Below are positions 17,163 to 27,498 of a stretch of DNA of 64,000 bases, one piece after another (position 1 is the first letter of the stretch; each line of letters opens with the position of its first letter). Position numbers and translations under genes: made by a program. The DNA lies in IMG/VR virus record IMGVR_UViG_3300028840_008160, positions 1 to 64,000 of that record; one strand, written 5' to 3'. Below the pieces are notes generated by a model that did no database searches, had not been told where the DNA came from, and worked only from the letters and a program-made list of their open reading frames with translations.

Positions 17163-18356
17163 GTGATGATAACGTCTAGAAATATATTAGGATTTTCTGT
17201 TGCCCCTAACATGTGTAGAGTAATGGAGGCAAATGGATTTTATGCATCAATAATGAAGTCAGAAAAACGAAAAGATGATGATGGCGGATTGCCGTCCGGA
17301 ATGCCTATACCTGTTATGCCAGTTGATTTTTTGAAAGATAGACCAGATTTTTGGGTTGGCGGCATTGGTTCATTTTGCTGCCCTGTTGAGTCTGACTGGG
17401 GTCTGTGGTTTAATTGGACGATGAATATATCTAATATAGCTGTATTGTCGTCAGTAAAAGGAATGAATCCAATTACTGGTCAACGTGTTAATGGGTTAGA
17501 ATTGGAACAATATAAAGAACAATGCCCTATTCATAAAGTGAAATTTCAGCATGGTAAATTTTGTCCTAAATGTAATTTCAAATGGCCAGATCAAAATTAC
17601 ATTACAGAGCCAAATCTATTATATTGGGACGGGTTTAGAACAGCCGATGGTCAAGTTAGACAATTTTATTTTACAGAAGATCTTGCAAAATCTGTCCCTG
17701 AATTGGTCATTGGTAAAGATGATACAGTACCAGCATTTGGGTTTTGTTTTTATATGCCGAAGAAAGTAGAGTCTATAAATTATGAAGGTGGTAAGCGATT
17801 AAAGAATAAATTTCTAGAAATAGAAAAAATGACTGTTTCTTCTGGAAGTAGTTTGAGCATGGGTATGGTGAGAGGAATGTCAATACCTGGCGTTTATACT
17901 AAAATGGTCGATGATACTTATAAACATTCATCAAGTGTATATTATGCATCTTTAGCACCAATTTGTATGGATATGTGTAATAATTCTTATGTCGGATCAA
18001 CTGTAGCTGATGGGGCATCTACAAAGTTTTCGCTCACTTCATCTGCTGATATCAATGCGTTTAATGTAAGTGATGTTAAATTGAGTTTAGAGACGAGTGA
18101 ACTAGCAGATGAGTTAATACTTAGAGAAAGAAGTGAAAATGCTGAAGTTGGAATTGGAGCAGGTGCGAAACTTAAACAATCGCTTATGCAAGATGTAAGA
18201 ACTGTTGATTCATGGCAAAATAAACCTGCAGGAGTGATTAGAGTATATTTTGTTTTTAGAGAGCAATTTGAACGATATGTTAGTGCTGGATTGAATAATT
18301 TAGCTGGTCATAAAGAAGGTTATTTAAGTGATCTTCCTGTAGGAGGTAACAAATGA
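17163..18356 (+). CDS. Conserved-looking hypothetical protein with Zn ribbon
   Basis: CPIH...FCPKC; QNY...WDGF...GQVRQF and EVGIGAGAKLKQ...D...W motifs. Confidence 0.6.
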   Translation: MMITSRNILGFSVAPNMCRVMEANGFYASIMKSEKRKDDDGGLPSGMPIPVMPVDFLKDRPDFWVGGIGSFCCPVESDWGLWFNWTMNISNIAVLSSVKGMNPITGQRVNGLELEQYKEQCPIHKVKFQHGKFCPKCNFKWPDQNYITEPNLLYWDGFRTADGQVRQFYFTEDLAKSVPELVIGKDDTVPAFGFCFYMPKKVESINYEGGKRLKNKFLEIEKMTVSSGSSLSMGMVRGMSIPGVYTKMVDDTYKHSSSVYYASLAPICMDMCNNSYVGSTVADGASTKFSLTSSADINAFNVSDVKLSLETSELADELILRERSENAEVGIGAGAKLKQSLMQDVRTVDSWQNKPAGVIRVYFVFREQFERYVSAGLNNLAGHKEGYLSDLPVGGNK

Positions 18357-19084
18357 ATACAGTTGACTTGTTGTTTATAGTTGATGTTACTGGGTCAATG
18401 AGTGGATTTATAAGTGATGCAAAACAAAAAATGAAGTTTGTATTATCTTCACTAAAGAAACAATTTGAAATCGATTTGAAAGTTGGATTGAGTTTATATC
18501 GTGATCATCTATCGCAAGACACATCATTCGTTACAGCAGTTTTTGATTTAGCATCAATTGACGAGGTTAAAGATAAAATCGATAAAATAACTGTTGGTGG
18601 CGGTGGTGATCATCCTGAGGCTGTGATTGATGGAATTATTGATGGCATTACTGATATGAAATGGCGCGAAGATAGTAGAAGGATAGCATTTTTGATTGGT
18701 GATGCACCGGCTCACGGTATGATTTATGGTGAAAGTTGCTGTCAATGTGGTCAAACGTGGGGCAAAGCAGTGGCTTGCGCAGAGAAACATAAAGTGACAA
18801 TTTATTCTATACTGTTAAGCGGCGATGAGCAAGCAAGATTAAATTTCAAACTTATTTCTAATTTTACTGGAGGGTTATTAATTGAGAGTGATAATGCAAT
18901 GGATGTAATAGTTAATACACTTACTACTGAGTTTGGTAATGTTAATTTAGATTCAAAGATTTTAGAAATGATGGCAAATAAATTTAGCAATGAAGATATT
19001 TGTAAGATGTTAAATGTTGATAGAGATGAATTGGCTGACTCAAAGTCTAGAATAGCACAATATGCTAGCACTGTGTTAATATAA
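18353..19084 (+). CDS. vWA domain protein
   Basis: DLLFIVDVTGSM, YRDH, GGGDHPEAV, W-R, IGDAPAH; ATGA-coupled to the upstream gene. Confidence 0.85.
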   Translation: MNTVDLLFIVDVTGSMSGFISDAKQKMKFVLSSLKKQFEIDLKVGLSLYRDHLSQDTSFVTAVFDLASIDEVKDKIDKITVGGGGDHPEAVIDGIIDGITDMKWREDSRRIAFLIGDAPAHGMIYGESCCQCGQTWGKAVACAEKHKVTIYSILLSGDEQARLNFKLISNFTGGLLIESDNAMDVIVNTLTTEFGNVNLDSKILEMMANKFSNEDICKMLNVDRDELADSKSRIAQYASTVLI

Positions 19085-19121
19085 ATCATGGATTAGCATT
19101 AATTTCGAACTTAATAAATAG

Positions 19122-19149
19122 AAGCCGGTTTCATTCCGGCTTTTATTTT
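19122..19149 (+). terminator. Intrinsic terminator
   Basis: aagccgg / ccggctt stem followed by a T-rich tail. Confidence 0.6.
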
Positions 19150-19204
19150 GTTTTTATAGCAAAGATATTCTTGTAGATCTAGTATCAAACATTAAAAGGG
19201 AACT

Positions 19205-20431
19205 ATGATGAAACATTTGGCTATAATTCAGAAGCAATTTTCTATATTATGCATAAGCAACAGCATTGTCAAGAAGGCTATTGACGAAAATTGGTGGAAA
19301 AAGTTATCTCCTGAAGAACAACGAAAATATTTAATGCAACATAGACGAACAAAATTGCGACCGACAAGTCAACCGTTTAATCTTACGCAGACAATATTTA
19401 GAAGTGTGCCGGCTAGTTGGAAAAAAACAATATCTTATGCTGGTGGTGGGAATAATTCTGATATTGAACAGTTGCCAGATATGCTTAGATCAAAGGTGCT
19501 AAAAGATGCTTTTTCTGCAGGTGCTAAAGCTGTAGTCGGGTTTAAGTCTGGCACTAATATTACAAAGATGAAGCCGGTTTTTATTATTACGTCATCAACT
19601 TGGAGCAGATCACCTAAGTTTAATATTGAAACTGCTATTGATAGTAATGGTAACACGATTAATCCAGTACGTTTATATGATATTAAGCCTCGTTATAGTC
19701 GTCGTAATCGAGTTTCTTGGGATGAAAGAGTAACAGATTTAAGAATGACAAATATTATAGGCAAATTACCTGATGAACCGTACACTGTTTATGCTATTAA
19801 AGCTGATCCAAAAAGACAAGAAATAAAACAACAACGATCATTTATGAAGGAAAAAAATCGCCCTGGTCGTGTTGATGTTGAAAATAGAATGATAGCTGAT
19901 GTTGTAAAGCCAGTATATGATTATTATTCTGCAAAATTACAACAAGGTCTAGAACAATTAAGAGATGTGGCTGTGCCTAGTTTTAATGATTTGTTAGAAG
20001 ACACTGAATCAGAGATGGCAAATAAACGATATAAAATGTTAATTGACGATGTAAAGGACGCTAGAGATAAAATTGCTTCATTAAGCAGCGCTGTTTCTTC
20101 TCTAAAATGGCAGCATTTGCCAACTGGCGAACATTCATATTCAGATACATGGAGAGCCGGTGAAGCTAAAAGATTTATACGAGGAATAAACGAAATAAAA
20201 GAACGATTTGCAGATGACATGAAAGAAGCTAAAAAGACGAAATTAAAAGCGGCATATCAATCTTTACAAGAGTTTGATTTTTTAGATGCTTTTGATAAAT
20301 TTAATGATGTTGCTCAACCACAATTAGCAAAAGCTGTTTTAGAGTTAAAGTCTATTGATCGTGCATCTGAAGAATATAAAAATAGATTAAATGATATAAA
20401 AACAAAAGCATTAACAATAATGTATTCATAA
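19205..20431 (+). CDS. Hypothetical, probable internal head protein
   Basis: MKHLAIIQ N-terminus, IVKKA, then WWKKLSPEEQRKYLMQHRRTK motif. Confidence 0.55.
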   Translation: MMKHLAIIQKQFSILCISNSIVKKAIDENWWKKLSPEEQRKYLMQHRRTKLRPTSQPFNLTQTIFRSVPASWKKTISYAGGGNNSDIEQLPDMLRSKVLKDAFSAGAKAVVGFKSGTNITKMKPVFIITSSTWSRSPKFNIETAIDSNGNTINPVRLYDIKPRYSRRNRVSWDERVTDLRMTNIIGKLPDEPYTVYAIKADPKRQEIKQQRSFMKEKNRPGRVDVENRMIADVVKPVYDYYSAKLQQGLEQLRDVAVPSFNDLLEDTESEMANKRYKMLIDDVKDARDKIASLSSAVSSLKWQHLPTGEHSYSDTWRAGEAKRFIRGINEIKERFADDMKEAKKTKLKAAYQSLQEFDFLDAFDKFNDVAQPQLAKAVLELKSIDRASEEYKNRLNDIKTKALTIMYS

Positions 20432-20475
20432 GATTAAGTTGGGTAATTAATAATAATTTTTTAAAGGAGGGCTTC

Positions 20476-20703
20476 ATGGCTGCTACTAGTCAAAAGGTTA
20501 CTGGTTCTGCTGGTGTTATGGAAAAAGTTCAAACACCTGATTATAGTGATCCACAGTTTGCTATTTATCAAGGTAATGTAAATGGCAACACAGTTGGTCA
20601 AACTGTAGACACTATTGCTGGTGTTTCTGTTCCGCTTAATAGACGCTCAAAAGAAGGCGTTACTATTTGCGGTGGTTGGGATCCTAAATTTATGGTACTC
20701 TAA
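20476..20703 (+). CDS. Small putative virion protein
   Basis: Strong RBS aaggagg; G/T/V-rich, 75 aa. Confidence 0.55.
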   Translation: MAATSQKVTGSAGVMEKVQTPDYSDPQFAIYQGNVNGNTVGQTVDTIAGVSVPLNRRSKEGVTICGGWDPKFMVL

Positions 20704-20771
20704 TGATCGAACAACCATTAAGAGAATGCAGAGATTACGGAAATTTTAAGAAAAAGAAAAGGGAAAAAGCG

Positions 20772-21308
20772 ATGGACATCAATCAAAGAGTTGATAAAGT
20801 CGCTAGCATCATTATTGACGATGACGCTAACGGTAAGGTTGCCGTTTCACCTCCTGGTTGGAGTGGAACTGTGGAGCACATGAAGAAGCACAAGGACATT
20901 GACAATCCTTGGGCTCTAGCATGGTGGATGTCAAAACAGCAACCTGGTGCTAAATGGGGTCCTGGCGGAAAATTGACAAAAAAGCCGGAGCCTCATCACA
21001 AAGAAAAGAAGCGTAAGAAAAAGTCGTCATCTGAAATTATCGCGCAAGTAGTAAATGATATTATCATTGGTGATACGATTGACGAACTTACTACTCCTGC
21101 CGAAACTGTAACATCGACAAAGAGTTATTCTACAGTCGACACAGTTAGATCTAGCGATGGTAACTATGTTACTATCAAGACGAATTACAAAGAAGAGAAT
21201 GGGCAGGTTTTGTTAGAAGAATATGTTGTGGAGAAGAACGGTGTGGTTGAAAAGTTTGACAATGCTGGCGACTTTTGCAATCGCTTGATGGTCGAAGGCG
21301 TACTGTAA
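20772..21308 (+). CDS. Hypothetical, probable head-associated protein
   Basis: PPGWSGTVEHMKKHKDIDNPWALAWWM motif, KVA sites and a basic patch; start placed at Met 20772 (track ORF starts 20703). Confidence 0.5.
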   Translation: MDINQRVDKVASIIIDDDANGKVAVSPPGWSGTVEHMKKHKDIDNPWALAWWMSKQQPGAKWGPGGKLTKKPEPHHKEKKRKKKSSSEIIAQVVNDIIIGDTIDELTTPAETVTSTKSYSTVDTVRSSDGNYVTIKTNYKEENGQVLLEEYVVEKNGVVEKFDNAGDFCNRLMVEGVL

Positions 21309-21329
21309 TTCTCCTCTTCGCGAAATCAG

Positions 21330-21367
21330 AAAAGCCTGCATTATGTAAAAATAATGTGGGCTTTTTT
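21330..21367 (+). terminator. Intrinsic terminator
   Basis: aaagcctgcattat / ataatgtgggcttt stem with G-U pairs, followed by a T-run. Confidence 0.6.
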
Positions 21368-21399
21368 CTATAATACGAATAAAAACGGAAGAGGTTTAC

Positions 21400-22281
21400 A
21401 TGGCGAATTATATCTATTTGACGCAAAGAACTAACCGTCATGTTGCGAAGTCGCTTAGTTCTGATGCTGCACCGGCGACATATACTGGCAATTCGTTTGG
21501 GACATTTGGCGTGCCCGGAGGCACTGATACTACACTTCATAATCCATGGGGAATTGCAACTGCTGGTACTCATATATTTGTTTGCGATTCTGTGAATAAG
21601 AGAATCGTAAGATTTGATCGAACTTCATGGTTATATACTGCTGAATATAGTACTATTGATACCATTGATACGCCTTACGTCATTATGGTTGATTCTATTA
21701 ATGGTGACTTATATGTTGCCGGTGTTTGGAATAATAGATGGGTTAGAATTGAACGATTGACAACTAGTCTAGTAAGCGTTAAGGTTAGTGGAAACCTTCA
21801 ACCTGATAGTGAATTGTTTTGGAGACCTACTGGAATAAGCAGAGGATTTGCTGCAGATAGTTTTCTTGTTGTTGGTGCAAATCTTGACATCTATCAAACA
21901 ATTGAAAGTGGATCATTTTCTGTATTTACGACACAGGCTATTACTGGCGAAACATCTACTTATCCACAGTCGTATGCTACAAATCATTATATATCAATAG
22001 TGAAGCATACAAATGGCGACTTGTATCTCAACAATAGCAAAATGATAATTAGAGCAAATTCGTCATTTATCAATATAGGCGATTCAAATATTTTAGGCAA
22101 ATCAATCATTGGATTGAAAGAAGCTATTGGTGGAACATTATTGGTTTACAATGTAGAAACGCAGACAGTCAAACGATATGACGAGAACATGAATTTTGTT
22201 GAGGATGTTTGGATTGACACTGGTGACGTTATTAGTAATGATGCATATGATGTCGCTGATTTTGTAGAAATATCAATTTGA
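21400..22281 (+). CDS. NHL-repeat beta-propeller virion protein (paralog 1)
   Basis: LHNPWGIA..G.HIFVCDSVNKRIV NHL repeat; YLTQRTNRHVAK N-terminal motif. Confidence 0.7.
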   Translation: MANYIYLTQRTNRHVAKSLSSDAAPATYTGNSFGTFGVPGGTDTTLHNPWGIATAGTHIFVCDSVNKRIVRFDRTSWLYTAEYSTIDTIDTPYVIMVDSINGDLYVAGVWNNRWVRIERLTTSLVSVKVSGNLQPDSELFWRPTGISRGFAADSFLVVGANLDIYQTIESGSFSVFTTQAITGETSTYPQSYATNHYISIVKHTNGDLYLNNSKMIIRANSSFINIGDSNILGKSIIGLKEAIGGTLLVYNVETQTVKRYDENMNFVEDVWIDTGDVISNDAYDVADFVEISI

Positions 22282-22307
22282 TGAAAAATCAATAAAAGGA
22301 GAGATGC

Positions 22308-23192
22308 ATGGCGTACAAAACGTATTTATCACAACGAACTAACCGTCATGTCGTAAAGCGGTTGAGTTCTGATTCTGCTCCGGCGACATACGATAGTTTA
22401 TCTTTTGGTGTGTGGAGTATTCCCGGTGTAACAAATTCAGATCTCAATTTCCCTTGGGGAGTAGCAGCCGATGGTTCAGATAACATTTATATTTGCGACA
22501 CAAACAACCAACGAATAGTTAAACTTGATTCAAGTTGTGCATTTGTTGCAGTATATGATGTAACAAATACGGTTGGTACACCATATTCAATGTTGTTTGA
22601 TTCAACTTCAGGCGATTTATATGTTGCCGGTGTATATGCAAATTTGTATGTAAGGATTGAACGCATCACAACAGCGCTTGTTCAAGTAAGACTTAGTGGT
22701 AATTTGAATTCAATGAATGATCTGTGGTTTAGACCTACAGCTATTTGTCCAGATTTTACTGCAGGTAATTTCATTGTCGCAGGCGCTAATCTTGATTTGT
22801 ATATTACAACAGAAACTACATCATTTTCAACATTCGTACAACAAGCTATTGGCGGCGAAACGACAACATGGCCTGAAATTTATGAAACGACAAAGTATAA
22901 CGGTGCAATCAAGCATTCTGTAAATAGTGATTTATATCTTAACAATGGCCGAAAGATAATTAGAGTTGATTCGTCATATGATAATATTGGTGATTCTGAT
23001 AAGATTGCAAAAACTATTACTGGATTGAAAGAAGGCAAGTCAGGTACATTATTAACTTATAATGCTGATGAACAAAAAATTGTAAGGTATGATTCAGATT
23101 TGAATTTTGTTGAAGATGTATATGTTGATTCCGGTTCTGTAATAGCAACTGATGCGTATGATGTTATGGACTTTGTCGAGATTGATGTCTAA
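22308..23192 (+). CDS. NHL-repeat beta-propeller virion protein (paralog 2)
   Basis: LNFPWGVAADGSDNIYICDTNNQRIV; collinear with paralog 1. Confidence 0.72.
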   Translation: MAYKTYLSQRTNRHVVKRLSSDSAPATYDSLSFGVWSIPGVTNSDLNFPWGVAADGSDNIYICDTNNQRIVKLDSSCAFVAVYDVTNTVGTPYSMLFDSTSGDLYVAGVYANLYVRIERITTALVQVRLSGNLNSMNDLWFRPTAICPDFTAGNFIVAGANLDLYITTETTSFSTFVQQAIGGETTTWPEIYETTKYNGAIKHSVNSDLYLNNGRKIIRVDSSYDNIGDSDKIAKTITGLKEGKSGTLLTYNADEQKIVRYDSDLNFVEDVYVDSGSVIATDAYDVMDFVEIDV

Positions 23193-25756
23193 TGGCTATA
23201 TACTTTGTAAATGCTTCAGGTTCCAGTACTCTCCCTTATGATACGTCTGCAAAAGGCGCCACAGACTTTGCTACGCTTTTTAGTAATGTAGCAGAACAAT
23301 CAGGTGATATTGTAGAAGTTGTTGATGATGGTGAAATTATAGCAGCTTTTACAGTAAATTGGGCAGCCACCAATATTACAATACGGTCATGGTCAGGTAA
23401 TACAAATAAGCCAACAGTAAAATGTACATTAACGGGTAATGGGTTTTTCTGTAATAGTTCAATGAATGGCGCTAAGTTTGAAAATTTGAGAATATACAAA
23501 GATGGGAATAGTGCATATAGATTGATTGATGGAATAAGTTGTGTTGATGTCGAAGTGACTAGTTGTGAATTGTTTCACATAAACAACGATACTAGCGATA
23601 CTTCATGTGGAATACGTCCATATGTTGGTTGTAGTGGTTGGAAGGTTAGAAACTGTTTGATTTATCATGTGGGTTTATATGGCATTGAAGTAAATAATTG
23701 TAGCACTTGCGAATTTGTTAATAATACAATTTTTGATTTTAAGTACGGATCATCTGCGGCTAGCGGCATCCTTGTTACAAACGCATCTGCGACAAATAAT
23801 AAAATATATAACAATATAATTCATGGCAACGGTAGTACTACTACTTACGGGATAAGATATATTACTGCTGGTTCTGGAAATATACATGATTATAATGACA
23901 TTTATGATTGTACTACGCCGTTTTCTGGAACGACACAAAACACGCACGAAATTACTGTAGACCCATTATTTTTAAGTGAAGGTTTATTTAACCTCAGATT
24001 ACAACCATCTAGCCCTTGTTTAGATCAAGGAGCAGGATCTGGTGTCATAGCTTCAAGACCAACAACAGATTTTGATGGCATAACAAGACCTATTGACATT
24101 CCGACAATAATTGACGCTGACGACGGAACGGACATGGGGGCTTTTGAATATGACCCACCGCCGCCGTTAGATGGCCCATTATTGGTAATGACACAAAGAA
24201 CAGCAAGACATGTCGCAAAAATCTATAATTTGGACCCCGTAGAATATAATAGAGCATTTGGCACGTTTGGTTCACCGGGATCAGGGACGGCAGGTCTAAA
24301 TTTTCCATGGGGACTTACAATCGATGCTTATGGTTATTACTATATTTGCGATTATGAAAATGAACGAATAGTAAAACTCAACAGAGATTTTACTTATGTT
24401 AACGCATACGATACATCTAGTACAATTGGTCGACCTTGTTCTATATTTTATGCTGAAAATGATGATTTGTATGTGGCCGGTGTCACATATCATATAATTG
24501 AAGGTAATTTAGTTCATAATTTTATCGGTGTAGAACGTATAACAAGATCATTATCAAGTGTCAAATATAATGATAAAGTTATGGGCGATGAGATGTATGA
24601 TTTACAACCAGAGGATAAACCGACAAATATATGTCGAGGATTTTTTGTTGACGAAATATTATTATCTGGTTTACGAAATTCAATTTATAGTTTGACTGAA
24701 TTGTCTGATACTTTCTCATTTACAACCAAAAGAGACATAGGTGGCGAATCAAATACGTTCAGATTTCTTGGTATGGTACATCATTCTAATGATCTTTTAT
24801 ACGTAAATACAGGTCAAAAAATATTGAAGATTGATTCATCTTTTACTAATGTTGGTGATTCAGATACAATTGCGAAGTCAATGTATGGACTAACTGAGGC
24901 TGCTGATGGATCGTTACTGATGTATAATAGTGATACAAAATCAATTGATAGATTATCAGAAAAATCAATGCATATTATTGAAAGCCTTGTTCAAGACACT
25001 GGTAGTACAGTTTCAACTGATATTGAATGCGTATGGGATGTTTTGGAAATACCTGGTGGATTTACTCCACTTGTAGATATTTCTAATGTTTTGGGTTATT
25101 GGCGGTTTGAAGAATTATCATATGATGGATCGCCAAATGAAGTTGTTGATGATTCTGGACTTAATAATCATGGTCAAACATTCGGTGGGGCAACGCCAAT
25201 ATTTCCTGGGAAGATTGGTGGTTGTATAAACTATAATGGCTCATCAGTTTATGCAAATATGGGTAACGATGGAGGAGTATTCGATTTTGACCAGAATACA
25301 GATTTTAGTTTTGGTGCATGGTTTAAAACAACATCAACAGATTTAAGGGTAATCATATCAAAAGAAGATGGTAATAAGCCAACATGGAATTTACAAATTA
25401 ATAGCGGGTTGATCTCATTAGTATTAGAAAGCTCTAGTGGAGATGTTACATTAACTACTGATGGTTCGTATAATGACGGTAATTGGCATTTAGTTATTGC
25501 AACAATAAATAGAACGACTGATAATGCGATTTTATATATAGATGGTTCTAATCTAAAAAACGGATCAATACCATCTGCTGCATCATATGTTGAACTAGCC
25601 ACAAACGTGCTAGTTGGTGCTAGAATTCCTGTATTACCAGAAAGATTTTGGAATGGTTTAATTGATGAGACATTTATTGCACAAACTGTTTTATTACCGA
25701 CAGATGTAACTGCGCTATGGAATAATGGCGTAGGTGCACTGATAAACCCTGTATGA
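23192..25756 (+). CDS. Modular virion protein: parallel beta-helix + NHL propeller + LamG/concanavalin-like domain
   Basis: Asn/Ile-rich beta-helix repeats (NNTIF, NNKIYNNII), DPLF...LRLQPSSPCLDQG...DMGAFEY cap, TQRTARHVAK/LNFPWGL propeller, GYWRFEE...FSFGAWFKT...NDGNWHLV...LYIDG...GLIDE. Confidence 0.75.
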   Translation: MAIYFVNASGSSTLPYDTSAKGATDFATLFSNVAEQSGDIVEVVDDGEIIAAFTVNWAATNITIRSWSGNTNKPTVKCTLTGNGFFCNSSMNGAKFENLRIYKDGNSAYRLIDGISCVDVEVTSCELFHINNDTSDTSCGIRPYVGCSGWKVRNCLIYHVGLYGIEVNNCSTCEFVNNTIFDFKYGSSAASGILVTNASATNNKIYNNIIHGNGSTTTYGIRYITAGSGNIHDYNDIYDCTTPFSGTTQNTHEITVDPLFLSEGLFNLRLQPSSPCLDQGAGSGVIASRPTTDFDGITRPIDIPTIIDADDGTDMGAFEYDPPPPLDGPLLVMTQRTARHVAKIYNLDPVEYNRAFGTFGSPGSGTAGLNFPWGLTIDAYGYYYICDYENERIVKLNRDFTYVNAYDTSSTIGRPCSIFYAENDDLYVAGVTYHIIEGNLVHNFIGVERITRSLSSVKYNDKVMGDEMYDLQPEDKPTNICRGFFVDEILLSGLRNSIYSLTELSDTFSFTTKRDIGGESNTFRFLGMVHHSNDLLYVNTGQKILKIDSSFTNVGDSDTIAKSMYGLTEAADGSLLMYNSDTKSIDRLSEKSMHIIESLVQDTGSTVSTDIECVWDVLEIPGGFTPLVDISNVLGYWRFEELSYDGSPNEVVDDSGLNNHGQTFGGATPIFPGKIGGCINYNGSSVYANMGNDGGVFDFDQNTDFSFGAWFKTTSTDLRVIISKEDGNKPTWNLQINSGLISLVLESSSGDVTLTTDGSYNDGNWHLVIATINRTTDNAILYIDGSNLKNGSIPSAASYVELATNVLVGARIPVLPERFWNGLIDETFIAQTVLLPTDVTALWNNGVGALINPV

Positions 25757-25763
25757 GTGAAGC

Positions 25764-27407
25764 ATGGCATATTACGTTGATTTTAGTTTAGCGTCAAATC
25801 CTGGATATTTGCTAGATGATCCAAATAATCCAATGGGATGGGCAGAGTTTGTTGCTGCAGGTGCAAATGTTTATTATTGTAAAGGCGAGCATGATGAAAA
25901 CACATTGACATTATATGTTGCTGATAAAGAAATTAGACCATGGAATTTAGAAACGTTTGGCCCATGGAGAGTTAATGTTGATGTTATTTCTGGAATTGTT
26001 GGGCCGTTTTCAAATTCATGGTTAACTAGTGGTGGCATTGTTTCAGCTAACAATATGATTATTCAAGGCGCTGCTGCTCAAAGAGATTATACATTTTACA
26101 ATACGAATTTTATAATAGCAAATCAATTATTAGTTGATAGTTCATTAGGATCAGCTGTCATTGTTCATTTTAAAGGATGTACTGTTAGAGCAGACGATCT
26201 TGATGTAGCTGTTGGTACGCCAGAATCAATACTTGACAATTTGAATTTTACAGATTGTGTTGTTGAAGTTAATACTAATGCTAATAGAGGTGATGAATTT
26301 AGAAATTCAGTGTTTAATAAACCAGATACAGCGTGGAGCACTGCAACTCATATCGGTTGTCAATTTAATTGGATCCCTCCAGTATGGCCTGCTTGGGATG
26401 CAATAAAAGATTTGTGGAAATATTCAGTACTTGGTATTAACATTACAGCAAATGCTAGTGGAAATTTTACTGATTATGAAACTGGTTTATTTGGAGTTGT
26501 TAGATCAATTACAGCTGGTATTGGATCGTTCTATTTTGATGTCAGTAATTACCGTATTTATGTAACGCAATCTGTTAACAGACATGTAATTAAACGGCTA
26601 GATTCAAATATTATTCCTGCTGTTTATGACGGTCAACGGTACGGTATATATGGAGAGATTGGTCGATTACGATTTCCTTCAGGCGTTTGTTCAAACGGCG
26701 AAAATATATTTTTATGTGATTATAAAAACGAGCGAGTTGTTAGACTTGATTTGGCGTTGAATTTTTTAGAAGAATATAGCACATCGTTAACAGTGGACAA
26801 GCCTTATTTAATATATTATGATAGTACGACGACCGATTTGTATGTTTTAGGTATTACTCAGAATTTTTGGAATTGCAAAATGGAACGGCTTACAATAAAT
26901 CTTGATGACGAAATAGAAAGTGTGAAAGTTAGCGATTTTCTGGGCAAATTTACTGACGGACAGATGCCGACTGCAATGTGTCGCGGATTTGACGTTAATG
27001 ACTTTATTGTTTGTGGTTTAGGTAATGATATATTTAGAACGACAGAAGAAGCTGAGACATTTACATCGTTTACAAATCAAAGTATTTTTGGTGAAGATCC
27101 TATAAGATATATGGGAATGATAAAACATTCTGATAGCAATCTTTATATGAACAATGGTGAGAAATTATTGCGTGTAAATTCTAGTTTTGAAAATACTGGT
27201 GACTCAAATCGATTATCTAGTGCTATGTATGGATTAATAGAATCTATAGATAATGCATTAGTATATTATGATGCAGAAGCATTGAAATTTGTAAAATATG
27301 ATACTGATTTGAATTACGTAGAAGACGTATTTATTGATAGTGGCGATACGATTGAATTGGATGCAAAATTTGTTGTAGATTTTCTTGAGCTTGATTTAAG
27401 AGCTTAG
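25764..27407 (+). CDS. Virion protein with C-terminal NHL propeller (paralog 4)
   Basis: YVTQSVNRHVIK, LRFPSGVCSNGENIFLCDYKNERVV. Confidence 0.68.
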   Translation: MAYYVDFSLASNPGYLLDDPNNPMGWAEFVAAGANVYYCKGEHDENTLTLYVADKEIRPWNLETFGPWRVNVDVISGIVGPFSNSWLTSGGIVSANNMIIQGAAAQRDYTFYNTNFIIANQLLVDSSLGSAVIVHFKGCTVRADDLDVAVGTPESILDNLNFTDCVVEVNTNANRGDEFRNSVFNKPDTAWSTATHIGCQFNWIPPVWPAWDAIKDLWKYSVLGINITANASGNFTDYETGLFGVVRSITAGIGSFYFDVSNYRIYVTQSVNRHVIKRLDSNIIPAVYDGQRYGIYGEIGRLRFPSGVCSNGENIFLCDYKNERVVRLDLALNFLEEYSTSLTVDKPYLIYYDSTTTDLYVLGITQNFWNCKMERLTINLDDEIESVKVSDFLGKFTDGQMPTAMCRGFDVNDFIVCGLGNDIFRTTEEAETFTSFTNQSIFGEDPIRYMGMIKHSDSNLYMNNGEKLLRVNSSFENTGDSNRLSSAMYGLIESIDNALVYYDAEALKFVKYDTDLNYVEDVFIDSGDTIELDAKFVVDFLELDLRA

Positions 27408-27498
27408 TACTATGCTAAAGACTGTGACTATTTAGTCATGGTCTATTTTTATGTGAAAACAACGAGCAAATATGTAAAATATAATGTAGGAGGATAGG

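Noticed and set aside
25249-25770. 173-aa antisense ORF and the other short antisense or nested ORFs in the track
   Set aside because: They lie opposite or within well-supported genes and show no recognisable motifs, so I treated them as shadow ORFs.
21400-27407. Diversity-generating retroelement acting on the repeated propeller genes
   Set aside because: The paralogs are diverged throughout, with no near-identical template/variable repeat pair differing only at adenines, and no reverse transcriptase is in the window.
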